This document shows positions 52,701 to 64,000 of a stretch of 64,000 nucleotides of DNA, in pieces. Where the stretch lies: NCBI GenBank assembly GCA_001949185.1, contig BDGG01000002.1, forward strand, positions 6,314,448-6,378,447, read 5' to 3'. The notes under the pieces are model-generated. The model was not told the origin of the DNA and ran no database searches. It saw only the letters and a program-made list of their open reading frames with translations. Position 1 is the first letter of the stretch. Every line of letters starts with the position of its first letter. This DNA comes from Ramazzottius varieornatus. Lineage: Eukaryota; Animalia; Tardigrada. Position numbers and translations under genes: made by a program.

Positions 52701-55700
52701 TTCCTTCTGGTGAGATGTGCTGGAAGATGGGGTGGTTGAAGTCCCATTCGCATCTTTGGACATTCAGCAACGTGTCTCGATCGGTAGGCCCGAGGAATGG
52801 TGAGACGCCGGAAAGAAGTAAGTACGTGATGATGCCGGTACTCCACAAGTCCGTGGGCGTACCACACGGTGACCGCATGGCGATTTCTGGTGAGACAAAC
52901 TCTGGCGTACCGAACTCGGAAATCACATGCCCGGAAGCAGGAATCTTTTGGGCAAGACCGAAATCAACCAAATTGATTCTGTCAGTCGATGGATGTTGGA
53001 AAAGAACGTCTTCTGGTTTCAGGTCAAGGTGAGCGAAGCCTTTGTCATGGACGAATTCCAAAGTGTCGAGCAGTTGCTTGATAATGCTGCGCACGTAATC
53101 TTCGCCGTACGTCTTGTTCTTTGTCAGCCGTGGAATGATTTCGCCGCCCTTTGCCCTGTAAACAGTCTTGATGGAATACGCAAATTAAATGCTAAATTCA
53201 GTTTTACTCTTCAGATTATTTTTCAGAGTCTTCTTTTTCCATAATGTAAAATTCTAGAGTATATGTTAATTTTCTACACGTACATTTCTAGCATCAGAAC
53301 AACGTAAGAATTTCCAGCGTATCCATCGTGAAGACGCACGATATTTGGATGGTGGAGTTCGTTCAGAATGTTGATCTCGTTCTCCAACCACTGACGATCC
53401 CGTGGTGGTGCGAATGACACTTTAGCGGCGTAGTTGTGACCAGACAGTTTCTCCACTGCTCGTTTGACAACGGCTTGGGTTCCACGACCGATCTCCTCGA
53501 AGAAGTCGTAAAAGTCCGTGACGCGTTTGCTCTTCAGGTTGATCCTTCGCTTCTTGTAGTCGAACGGAGACGCAATGGGTGCGCGTGGGGCTTCGGCAAA
53601 GATATTGGCGCTACACATGGCTGTACCACCAATGTTCTTGGCTTCCACAGTATAGAGTCCATTGTCGAAAGCCCGCACATCATGGAAGATGAGCGAGCAG
53701 TGGTTACCTTCTTGGAGGATTTCCATGCGGGCATTGGGCGCAATAGGTCGCCAGTCTTTCAACCAGCGAATCTCGGGGAATGGTGTTCCGTCAACTCGGC
53801 AGTCTAGGCGAGCTGGCTGACCGATGATGAATGTAGCATCAACGATGGGCTCGATGAAGACGGGCGGGTCTGCGACTTCGAGTTGCAGCGTAATGGAAGC
53901 CTCGCCGTGTTCGTTTCTCCCCACGCACGTGTACTGACCAACGTCTCGGAAGGACAGTTTCTCGATGCTCAGCTGAGTCTGTCCACTAGTACCGTATCGG
54001 GAAGCAAACCTTCCACCAGTTTTGATCTCTTCGCCCTTAAAGTACCACGAGATCTTCGGCTGGGGGTGTCCGTAGCAGTAGCACTCTAATGTAGCGGTAT
54101 CGCCCTCCAACCCGTACATGATGTTGTCTAACTCTCCATAGAACCTCGGCTTCTCGCCAAACATTCCATGTTCGGGACGAGCAACCTCGTAGTCTCGTGG
54201 GTCCTTTTCGTACGACTTGCGATCGGATGGCTTGACCGCATAATGATCGTGGTCCCGAGGTGGAAGGGGGCGCTCAGTTCGTGCATATGGGGAAGGATCA
54301 CTCACACCGAACTTGTTTTCAGCTCGAATACGGAAGCGGTAATTGCGATCAGGTTGGAGCAAGTTTTGGACATCGTATTGGTTCTCATCCAGACCTTGTC
54401 TTATGGGATGCCAGTCATTGCGGGAAGCTTCACACATCTCCACGATGTATGTGATTGGAGTGTCTTCGGTGGAGTCCGTGATGGATGGCTTCCATGATAG
54501 GTGGCAGCCGGTATCTGTCAAGTCTGTCAGAAGAGGTGCGGAGGCTAGTGGCCATGGGGGACCAGCTACGCGACCGCGCTTCTTCAGGCCACTGTCGTCA
54601 GGTTTCGAAGGACCTTCTTTCGGCAAAGCGACGAACAGCTCGCAAGCGGTCTTGGCACGACCAGCTTGATTTGAGACTGTACAGGTGTATCGTCCCTCGT
54701 GACGTTTCTGGGCTCTGGGGATGGTCAAAGTCAGCGTGCCATCGGGAAGGTTCTCGAGTGTAAAGCGTGGTCCGTCGTCCAGTTGAATTCCGTCTTTTGT
54801 CCTATACAAGTAAAACATTTGAATAAAGTACTGAAAGCATCGGTTAATTGAAGAAAGATCCATTGATTGTTTGTGCCACGTGGCGTACCATACGACATTG
54901 ACATTCATTGGCTCGGACAGCTTGCAGCTAAGCTGTACTTTCTCCCCTTCCGGTATCTCGGTATCTCGAAGAGGCTTGGCAAACGTCGGTGGTTTGATGT
55001 CGCCTTGGCTTTCACCGTTGTCCTGTTGTGGCTTGAGAACCTTGCTGTCGAGAACATTCAGATACGCCGCACACTGGGCCTTGCCTTCCTCGTTCTCGGC
55101 TACCGCAATGTACTGTCCAACTGTTTCTCTTGCGACGTTACGAATGACCAGTCGACTCCATCCGATCTTCTCCTTGAAGACAATCTCGTACTTGTTGGCT
55201 TCTTCCTTGATCTCGGTCTTGCCAAAGAACCACTTGATGCTCGGTGTAGGTTCCCCAGTCACTTGACATTCAAACGTGACGTCGTAGTTGGTCACGACTT
55301 CCGTATCCACGAAGCGTTTCACGAACCTGGGTGCTGTACCCCGTGCTTGTGGTTTCTCTCGTCGCCGCGTAACGTTGATGCCGGCGACACATTTGGCGGT
55401 TCCGCCAAGGTTGTTCAGTTCAACTGTATACACTCCCGTGTCTTCCGGCATGGTGTTGGGTACTTCCAGACGTGAGGTGCCGGGACCGGTGGTAATAAGG
55501 ACATCGGCCGAGGACTGGATCAGCTTGTCGTTAAGGAACCACTTGACAGTTGGCGCCGGTATACCGACGAAAGCGCAGTCAAGCTCGAGACGTTCGCCTT
55601 CCGCGACTGTCACATCGCGGATCTTCTTGGTGAAGTATGGCGCTTCGTACTTGTTGGTAACTTCTTTGGACTCAACTGTCACAGCGCCCTCTGTCGACGC

Positions 55701-58700
55701 TTCGCCAGCTGGGTTTGACGCTACACATCGGTACAGATGGGCGTCGTCCAGTTCGACGTTGCGGATGGTCAGGACTGAGCCGCCATGACCATCGTCCACG
55801 ATTCTGGCTTTGGCATCTGATGGTAGAATCTCGTGCTCTGCTCGGTACCACTTGAGCTTTGGAGTAGGCACGCCATCTGCTCGAACGCGTAGCGTCAAGG
55901 TCTGTCCAGTCGAGACGGTCTGGTTCTTCAGCGGTGTAATGAAGGTTGGAACTTTCTCCTTTCCGGATGCATCGGGACGATCTAGAGAAATAAAATTCAA
56001 ATTGCGTTGAAAGTAATTTCGGTATTCGGCAAAACTGTCTTGCCTGTTTTGACAATCAAGTCTGCATCGCTGGTGGCTTTTCCGGCACTGTTGCGCGCCA
56101 GCACAGTGTACGTTCCAGCGTCTTCCGTGTAAGCTTCCCGAATGACCAGCTTGTACGTGTTGTCCTTCACCACGTACCGGAAGTCATGACTCTCACGGAT
56201 GGTCTTTCCATTCTTCTGCCATATAACGGATGGCTTTGGTTCACCAATGACTTCGCAGGTAAACTCAGCCTTTTGTCCCTCTTTGACGACTTGAGTTTCC
56301 AGCGGAGTCAGGAACTCTGGCTTGCTGCCTTTCTCTTCATCCTCCGGCAGTTCTTCCTCGTCCAGATCAACATCCGACCCGATTGTTTCATCTACAGTCT
56401 TATCATCACCTGGCTCACGAATCTCTGGTCGTTTGGACACCGAAGGAGCCTCTGAGGCATCTTGTTGGCCTACCTTGGTCTTGGATGGAGTCTTCAGCGG
56501 TTTGCATGGTTCACTCGGTTTCCCGACACCTTTTCTGTTTTCGGCAAGAATGCGAAACTCGTAAGTCTCACTCTCGACCAGATCGGTGACGGTCAGTGTC
56601 GTGGTAGTTATGATTGTCTTGTTGATCTTGACCCAACGTCCCATTTTGCCGGTGCGCCTCTCCACATGATATCCCAGTATCGGACTGCCTCCGTCATTCT
56701 CTGGGGGTGTCCATGTTAAGGTGGTCGAGGTGGGCGTGGTGTTGGAACATTCAGGTGTTCCTGGAGGACCTGGTACGTCTGTAACCACAATTAGTAATGA
56801 CGAATCAATCGATCAACTGATTGGTGGACTATCGGCCTTACCGAAAGTGAAGGCCGCCGTTATCGGTCCAATTTCCGCCGATTCTCCAGCGCCATACTTG
56901 TTGACTGCTCGAACACAAAATTCGTACTTGCTGTTTTCTATCAAGTCAGTGATGACTTGTACAAGCTCGGTGGTGGTAGCTACTCGAGTCCAGGTGACTC
57001 TTCCGGCCGCCCGTTTCTCCACTTGGTAGCCGGTTACTGGCGATCCTCCGTCCGACTCAGGTGGCTCCCATCCGATTGTGATCTTGTCCGGGGTGACGTC
57101 TGTCGCCTTCAAGTTCTTCGGGGCCGATGGTGTGCCCAGGACCTTGAGAGTGACATTTGCCTCAACTGAGCCTTCGGAATTGGTTACGCGAACGGTGTAG
57201 CGGCCGGCATCGCCTGCCTCGACTTTCTTCATAACTAGCGAAGACTCGTAGTCTTTCTCGGCGTCGATGCGCACACGTCGTGTCTCCTTGATGGTTTTCT
57301 CAGCGAAGATCCAATCAACGTCGGGATATGGGGAGCCGGCGAAACGGATCTTCATGCTGATGTTATCGCCGACCTGAGCCTCGATAGCATCCGGACATTC
57401 CAGGATTTGTGGAGCACTCTTCTTTTGTCGAACACGTAGTGTCAGTGGAACTTCCGCTTTACCAACTATCAAAGATACAACATCTTAGTCATGTTAGAGA
57501 TTTTTTAGTAATTTATGCACGAATTCACCTTTGTTCTTGAAAGTCACCGAGATCTCTCCGGCGTCTTTTAACTTGCACTGCTTGATCGTGCACACCGCCA
57601 GGCCATTTTCAACAGCCAGGTCAAAATGGGCTTGATCTTTGAACACATCGGACGCGCTGTTCCATGTGACAACGGGGACTGGATTTCCAGAGAACTCAAT
57701 CTCGAACACGGCGTCCTCTCCTTCCATAACCTCAACCTCCTCTTGACGAGCCCGACACTTGGGCGCTGACGGCTTCTCCGGGGCTGGCTCCCCTGTTCCA
57801 GCAGGTTTAACCACGGTCGGTTCGATATCGGTAGCTGCCGCTGAAGGTTTTCTCCTGGGGGCTTCGTTTGCCTTCAGAGTGAAAGGTACGGAAGGCTTAC
57901 TTGGCTCGCTTTCACCAGCCTGGTTCCATGCAGTTACCCTTGTCTCATACTCGACTTCCTTCTCCAGAGTTTCAAAGACAAACTTTGTGACAGTTGTCTT
58001 CGTCTTTGTGACTTTCCTCCATGAAGTGGACTTCTTAGCTTTGATGTAGACATCGTAACCTGTGACCGGGTTTCCACCGTCGTCTTCTGGTGCCTTCCAT
58101 TCGATGGTAGCGGAAGCTTCGGTTACTTCCGTCACTTCCGGTTGTCCAGGAGCGGCTGGAACTTTGAATGAGAATTTCGCGTAGATGTCTTCAATCACGA
58201 CGGGCTCGCTAGCACCATGTTGGTTGACAGCTTGTACGGAGAAGTCATAGCTGCTGTTCTCGATCAAGCCGGGAACTGGCAAGGTGAGGTCGGCGGTTTC
58301 GGCCACGTCTTGCCAAGCCTTTCGTCCATTGCGCCTCTTCTTCACAATGTAGCTTGTCACAGGAGAACTGTTGTCGGAGACGGGCGGAGACCAGGCGATG
58401 GTGATGGTGTCGGGTGTTGTGCTGACTGGATGGAGGTTGGTCGGTGGCAATGGCGGAAGCTTCTTCTTGACTGCTGCGGAGAACTGGTCGCTGGGTGGAC
58501 TGGCTTTGCTTTCGCCGATCTGGTTCGTGGCGGTTACTTGGATCTCGTAGACCTTTCCAACAGTGAGGTTCTGGTGGACGTACCGCTTTTCCTTGATCAG
58601 GGTACGGGTTAGCTTCTTCCAGTTAGTTGCTTCGACTTCGTGGATGTAAACGTGATAGCCTTCGATGGGGGCGCCACCGTCGAACTTTGGTTCTGTCCAT

Positions 58701-61700
58701 TCGATAGTGGCGTCTGTTTCGGTAACTGTTACGGTCGGCTTTCCGGGCTCCGAAGGCAGTTCTGGAAACAGATACCATTACTTACTTGGTTCAAAGACGT
58801 GTCCATGCATCGAGTCCACTAACTATTATGTGTCGGCTTACTTATCGTTTTTGCCGTCTCTACGTTTTGCAGTGTGGCCGGTTTGCCGTCACCGATCTGG
58901 TTTCTGGCGACCACCTTGAAGTCGTATGGAGTACCCATTTCCAAGTTTGGCACAGTGAAAGTTGTAAGAGGTGTTTCGCCAATTTCTTCCCAGTCCCCTT
59001 CTTCCGCTCCAGCCGGTTTCCTAAACACCCCGTAGGCCGTGACGGGGGAGCCACCATCGTCAGACGGTGCTTTCCAGGCAAGCTTAAGCGATTCAGGCTT
59101 GATGTCACTTGCACGTAGATTTTCTGGCTCTGACGGAACCTCTGCTAACCGAGAAGCAAACATTTCATCTGTGGTTATTACTGACTGCTGGAAAATGCCA
59201 GGCTATTTCATACCTTTTCGCTGCGCAGGTTTCACGTGGAATGGTTCCGATGGTTTACTCTGGTCCGACTCACCGGCCTCGTTCACGGCTGTCACAGCGG
59301 CTTCGTAGTCTTTCCCCTGTTCCAGCTCCTCCAGTGTGTGGGTTGTCTTCTTTGCCACGGTCTTCGTGACTTTCCTCCAGTTCTTGGAACCCTTCTCCCT
59401 CAAATAGATGTTGTATCCGTCAACCGGGGCATCTTTGTCGGCCTTCGGTTCAGTCCACGCGACGGTGGCAGTGGTCTCCGCGATGTCGCTCACTTCCGGC
59501 TGACCGGGAGCCTTAGGGATGCGCAATTTTCCTTTCACCTCCACGTCATTCGCCACTGCTGGTTTCGACTTTCCGATCTTGTTGACCGCGGTCACCTGGA
59601 ATATGCGAAAGAACGTTTTGACAGGATTATTGGAATAATCAGTTATCGGTATTTACTCGCTTCTGCACTATCAAGTAATCAAGTTGGACATTTACTATAT
59701 TCCGCTTTATCAAGAACAGACCTGAATGTCATAAGTGCCTTCATCAATCTTGGGAATGGTGAATTCTGTCTCGGGAGTCTCAGCGACTGGTTCCCACGTT
59801 TTACCACCCTTCGGTCTTCGCTCCACGACGTAGTGCGTAACCGGGCTATCACCGTCTGTCTTCGGAGCATCCCACTTCAGTTGGACTTTGTTCACAACTG
59901 CCTCTAGTACTTGTAGATTTTGAGGGGCCGACGGCGCGGTTTCTTTCGGCTTCAACGCGAAAGTGTCGGAAGGTTGGCTAGGCTCGCTCTCGCCAGCACT
60001 GTTAGCCGCTGTGACTTGGGCCTCAAACTCCACCTTGGCTTCGAGGTCTTGCAGTACATGCTTGGTGGTCTTGACAGCTACCTTCGTGACTTTCCGCCAA
60101 GTCTTCGTACCTTTTTCGCGGAGGTACACGTGGTAGCCATCTACAGGAGCGTCCTCTGTTACAGCGGACGGTGTCCATTCCAGTGAAACTTCGGTGGACG
60201 TGATGTCATGAGCTGTTGGTTTACCCGGAGTCGCTGGCTTGCCTAGATGGGAACCGTCAATTAATCGAATAGCCCAATTGATGAAGGGAAAATGTTACTG
60301 TGTTATGAGGTAAGAAATTCTTACTTTGATCAAGCTTGATCTCAATTTTGAGCAGTTCAGCTGGCTCCGATGGTCCGATCTTGTTTAAAGCCACAACCCG
60401 GAAGTCGTGAGGACCCGTTGGTAGACTTGTGGCGGTGAAAGTTGGTTCCGCGCATGTTCCAATCGGCTTGTAGACCTTGTTTCCACTAGGTCGCGCTTCA
60501 ACAGTATAGCTCAAAACAGGCACGTCTTCGATCGTTTCAGGAACATCCCATGTCAATGTAACCGAGTCCGCAGTTTTTCCCCCCACCTTCAAGTTTTCAG
60601 GAGCACTGGGAACACCCGAAGTCTTGAAGCTGTCCGATGCCGGACTTGGTGCACTTTCACCGCTGTCATTCTGGGCAGTGACTTGAACCTCATATTCCGT
60701 GTTGGAGGTCAGATCGGTAACGGTGTCATTCGTTTTCTTCACAGCTTTGCGAGTTACTTTCCGCCATTCTTTCTTCCCCTTCTCCTTCACGTAAATGTTG
60801 TAACCATCCACGGGTTTCTCGGGTGACATTGGTGCAGCTGGCCATTCGACCTCAGCTGCTGAGTCAGTGGTGGACAGAACAGTGGGTTTTCCGGGTGCTT
60901 CAGGGACATTTATCTTCGCTGGAGCTTTCTTCTTTGCGCCTTCGTCTTCAGCAAGTTTGAATGGGCTGGAAACGTCGCTAGGTTGGCTTTCACCAATCTC
61001 GTTGACGGTAGTGACATAGGCTTCGTAGGCTTGATCGGTGTTGAGCTCGGTCAGTGTGTGGGTGGTCTTCTTCGTGACGGTCTTTGTTACTTTGCGCCAT
61101 GTCTTATTTCCTTTTTCGCGTAGGTAAACGTTGTAGCCGAGGACTGGAGCGACGTCAGAAGAAGCGACTTCCGCCCACGACAAAGTCACCTCGGTGGGGC
61201 TGGAGCTTTCTACGTTCGGTGCACTGGGTGCGGTGGGCACTTTACCTTCCGTCGTGCCTGAAGGTTAAGCAGATGCAATGTGCATATCAATAACGCGGAT
61301 AATTTAATGAAGAAAAGCAGACTTTCTACGCTTGACACTTACCTATCTCGATTTCTTCGGGAAGTTCCAACAGTGCGAAAGGTTCGGAAACTACACTGGG
61401 CTTGCTTTCTCCAGCCTTGTTGACAGCGGTTACCTGCACCTCCACTTCCGTTCCATCAACGGGAAGCTCAGTCAGCGTATGAGAAGTCGTCTTGATTACA
61501 GTCTTGTTCACTTTCTTGAACTGCTTCTTTCCCTTTTCGCGTAGATAGACATTGTGACCAAGGATTGGACTGCCACCGTCATTCTCGCTTTTCGCCCACG
61601 ACACAGTTGCATCTGTTGGTGTGACATCTTGCAAGACAGGCTGTCCGGGGGGAGAAGGGACACCGGCCTCGCCGTCCGCTACATTTTCAGCTGGCTCTTT

Positions 61701-64000
61701 GGACTTTGTCTTCCCCATTCCAGCCTCGGCCTCAGCTGCGCTAGTTTCTTCAGCCGATGGTACGATGAACGCCTCTGTGGGCTCACTGGGTTGTCCAGGA
61801 CCAGCCTTGTTACTTGCAGTCACACGTGCCTGGTAAGGCTTGTCATCGAGCTTCAGGCTTTCGATGGTGTAGTGAGGCTCGGCAATCAGTTCAGGAGTTA
61901 ATTTCTCCCAGGTTTTACTGTCAACAGGTTTGACGTATACGTGGTAACCTTCTAGCGGACTATCTCCAGTAGTCTTTGGTTCTTCCCATTCAAGTACGAC
62001 TTCTTGGGGTGTAGAACGTTTAACTTCCGGTTTGCCTGGTGCCGATGGGGCAGCTTCTGTAACGACAATTACTTCATACTCTGAAAGGAATATTCAATGA
62101 AAGAGGATTCTTACGTACCGGTTGGCTGTTTCGGTGAGATCTTTGTCAGCTCGACAGGTTCACTGGTACCATCGGCGTTGACAGCGGTAAGCCGAAAGTC
62201 GTACTGTGTGTCCTCTTTCAAGTCCGTCGCAGTGGCTTGCAAGTCTTCTGTCTCAGCCACCTTTGAGTACTTCTTTTGGCTTGACGGCTTCTGTTCCAAT
62301 ATGTAACGCTCGGCAGGAGCAGTATCTTCGGAAGTTGGCGCGGTCCATCCCAGCACGACCTCTTTAGGCGAAGTCTCGATGACGTGGAAGTTTTGAGGAG
62401 CGAGTGGTGCGCCAGATGGCTTCGTTGCTTTTGCATCGGCTTCCTTGACTTGAGTGGGCGTTTCGGTGTCGGTGGCAACAGGTGTTACTCCAACCCGGAA
62501 CATATCAGACGGTTCGCTGGGCTGACTTTCGCCGGCTGGGTTCTTGGCCGTGACAACTGCTTCGTACTCGACGTCATCCGCTAAGCCAGTAACCGTATGC
62601 GTGGTGGCCTTGGTGGCTTCCTTTGTGACTTTGCGCCATCTCTTGGTATCTTTCTCCCGTACAGATATGTCATAGTCATTATCAGGCGCACCGGAAGTCT
62701 CATCAGTAGGACCGGGTTGCCACTCGAGGGTAACGCCCGTTGGAAGGTTCTTGGTCACAACGGGCTTTGTGGGAGCCGATGGTGCATCTGTAAGCAACAA
62801 CCATGATTACTTCAACATGCACAAATTCAGGATGTGCAGTCATTTTCATCTCGATCATACCATAAGAAAACTGGGCAACAACGTTAGCGATTTCGGCGGG
62901 TTCGCTTTTGCCATCCGTTGTTTGAGCTGTGACGCGGAAGTCATAGGAAGAGCCCTCAATCAAGTTTTCCACGGTAGCTTGGGTCTCCGTAGTTTCGAGA
63001 GCCTTCTGCCAGACCTTTCTCTCGGAGCGCTTCTTTTCAACCTCATATCCAACGACTGGACGACCACCATCGCTCTCCGGCACGTCCCATGCCAAGTCGA
63101 CTGCGTCGGGAGTTGTCCGAACCACGTGGAGCTGCTCCGGTTTTGACAGTGGACCTGAAACTAACATAACTAATTGGTACTATCGTATGCTAATGACTAC
63201 ATACTACATACGAGGAACGCATTCCTGCAGGGATATCCATTTGGACGTTTTTTCCCGCATTCCAGCTGTGATTACGGTCTTATAATCGGTATTCCCAACC
63301 GCCGAAAAGAATGATCAAAGCAGAAAACCCTGCAGGGATGCATTTCCTGCATTGTATTAACAGCTACTCATAAGTAAGAGGACTGACCTTTTGGCTGCTC
63401 AGTCGGTTCATCCCGAACAACGTCGCCGGTACCAACTTCCGCGGAAGATTCTGAAATATAAACTTAAACGTTAGCTTAGATTACTCATGCTGGAGTATTA
63501 ACTCCGTTACTGCGCTGCATCAACAATCTGGAAAAACACCGAATACTTTAACGTCACCGACAATATAAAGTGAACAGCAGCAACAAACACTCAAGACGTT
63601 GCCGGTTAGGCACAGTGTTCGGTAGCACCGGAAGCAACAGGACTCACCACGCCAAATCAAGTAAGAAGTGAAGCCTTAATTGAAGCCGGCAATGTATCAG
63701 CGAATATGTTAGCTAAACCACGTTGGCGGCAACATAACAAATTACGGTTAGAGTTACGAAACCTGAAGATCGCTGGTTGAGAGGCGTTAGATCGGAAGGA
63801 CGCGGAAGAGAACCTTCCCGAGATGACCAGTGTTAACTTTGCGTTAGAAGCTTTAATAATGCTGCCTACGAAGACTCGTTCAGCGGAAGCACCTTGAGAT
63901 CGCAAACTGTCACTGCCTAAGGATAATGGTTTTACCGGTGAGGGTAGGTTCGAGAGGGTATCGTTCGGGTTCTCTGTCATCACTCTCCATGTCTTCAGTC
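49740..64000 (-). CDS. Giant sarcomeric Ig/Fn3 protein with obscurin/UNC-89-type tandem kinase C-terminus; 5' end is beyond the window
   Basis: Phase-consistent exons can be traced from 64000-63936 and 63450-63389 down to a stop at 49740. Domain order: 15xFn3, Ig-Ig-Fn3-Fn3-Ig, 4xIg-Fn3-Ig-Ig, kinase 1 (EEIGRGTQAVV, YAAK, HLDLKPED, DFG, GTPEFVSPE), linker, Ig-Fn3, kinase 2 (FAAK, HLNLQPEN, DFG, EYTPPE-like, DIWNIG). Confidence 0.9.
63207..63354. mobile_element. Candidate MITE in an intron (imperfect 26/27-bp terminal inverted repeats, TA flanks)
   Basis: Left arm catacgaggaacgcattcctgcaggg (63207-63232); right arm 63328-63354 reverse-complements to caatgcaggaaatgcatccctgcaggg. TA occurs at 63205-63206 and 63355-63356. 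Confidence 0.45.

Noticed and set aside
54802-54888. Apparent 29-aa insertion in an Ig domain within the 908-aa ORF
   Set aside because: It is an 87-nt stop-free GT-AG intron; removing it restores VVWTKDG.
51539-59907. Long + strand ORFs (e.g. 51539-52297, 54867-55475, 59236-59907)
   Set aside because: Antisense shadows of the - strand muscle-protein exons.
1-64000. Prokaryotic systems (CRISPR, operons, defence islands), rRNA or tRNA genes
   Set aside because: The DNA is intron-containing animal sequence; no repeat-spacer arrays or recognisable rRNA/tRNA motifs were seen.

Overview
Eukaryotic, gene-dense invertebrate DNA with many short (mostly 50-100 nt) spliceosomal introns. It looks like a compact ecdysozoan genome; a tardigrade is plausible but cannot be proven from the sequence. 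Hand-spliced genes from left to right: 3' part of a KMT2C/D (trithorax-related, trr) H3K4 methyltransferase (+); an intron-containing, catalytically dead Crypton/tyrosine-recombinase (DUF3504, KCTD1/ZMYM/QRICH1-like) gene with a duplicated core-binding domain (+); ARMC3/gudu (-); a two-RRM hnRNP A/B/D (squid-like) gene (-), divergent from cyclophilin H/PPIH (+); an uncharacterised Ser/Pro-rich gene (+); a GM2-activator/ML-domain gene (+); FoxQ2 (+); a CFAP53-like coiled-coil gene (+); ARNT/tango (-); hormone-sensitive lipase (+); a divergent UBC9 (+); and the 3' 14 kb of a giant sarcomeric gene (-). In that last gene, 15 consecutive Fn3 domains and a twitchin-like Ig/Fn3 block are spliced, via a GC-AG intron, onto an obscurin/UNC-89 dual-kinase C-terminus. 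Most notable: the domesticated Crypton gene, the titin-obscurin chimeric architecture and its kinase/pseudokinase pattern, Win-motif R>K and SET Y>F substitutions in trr, a hairpin cluster in the hnRNP/PPIH bidirectional promoter, and duplicated UUAGGG sites next to a 5' splice site of the hnRNP gene. No rRNA, tRNA or CRISPR arrays were seen. All family assignments come from motif recognition, not database searches.
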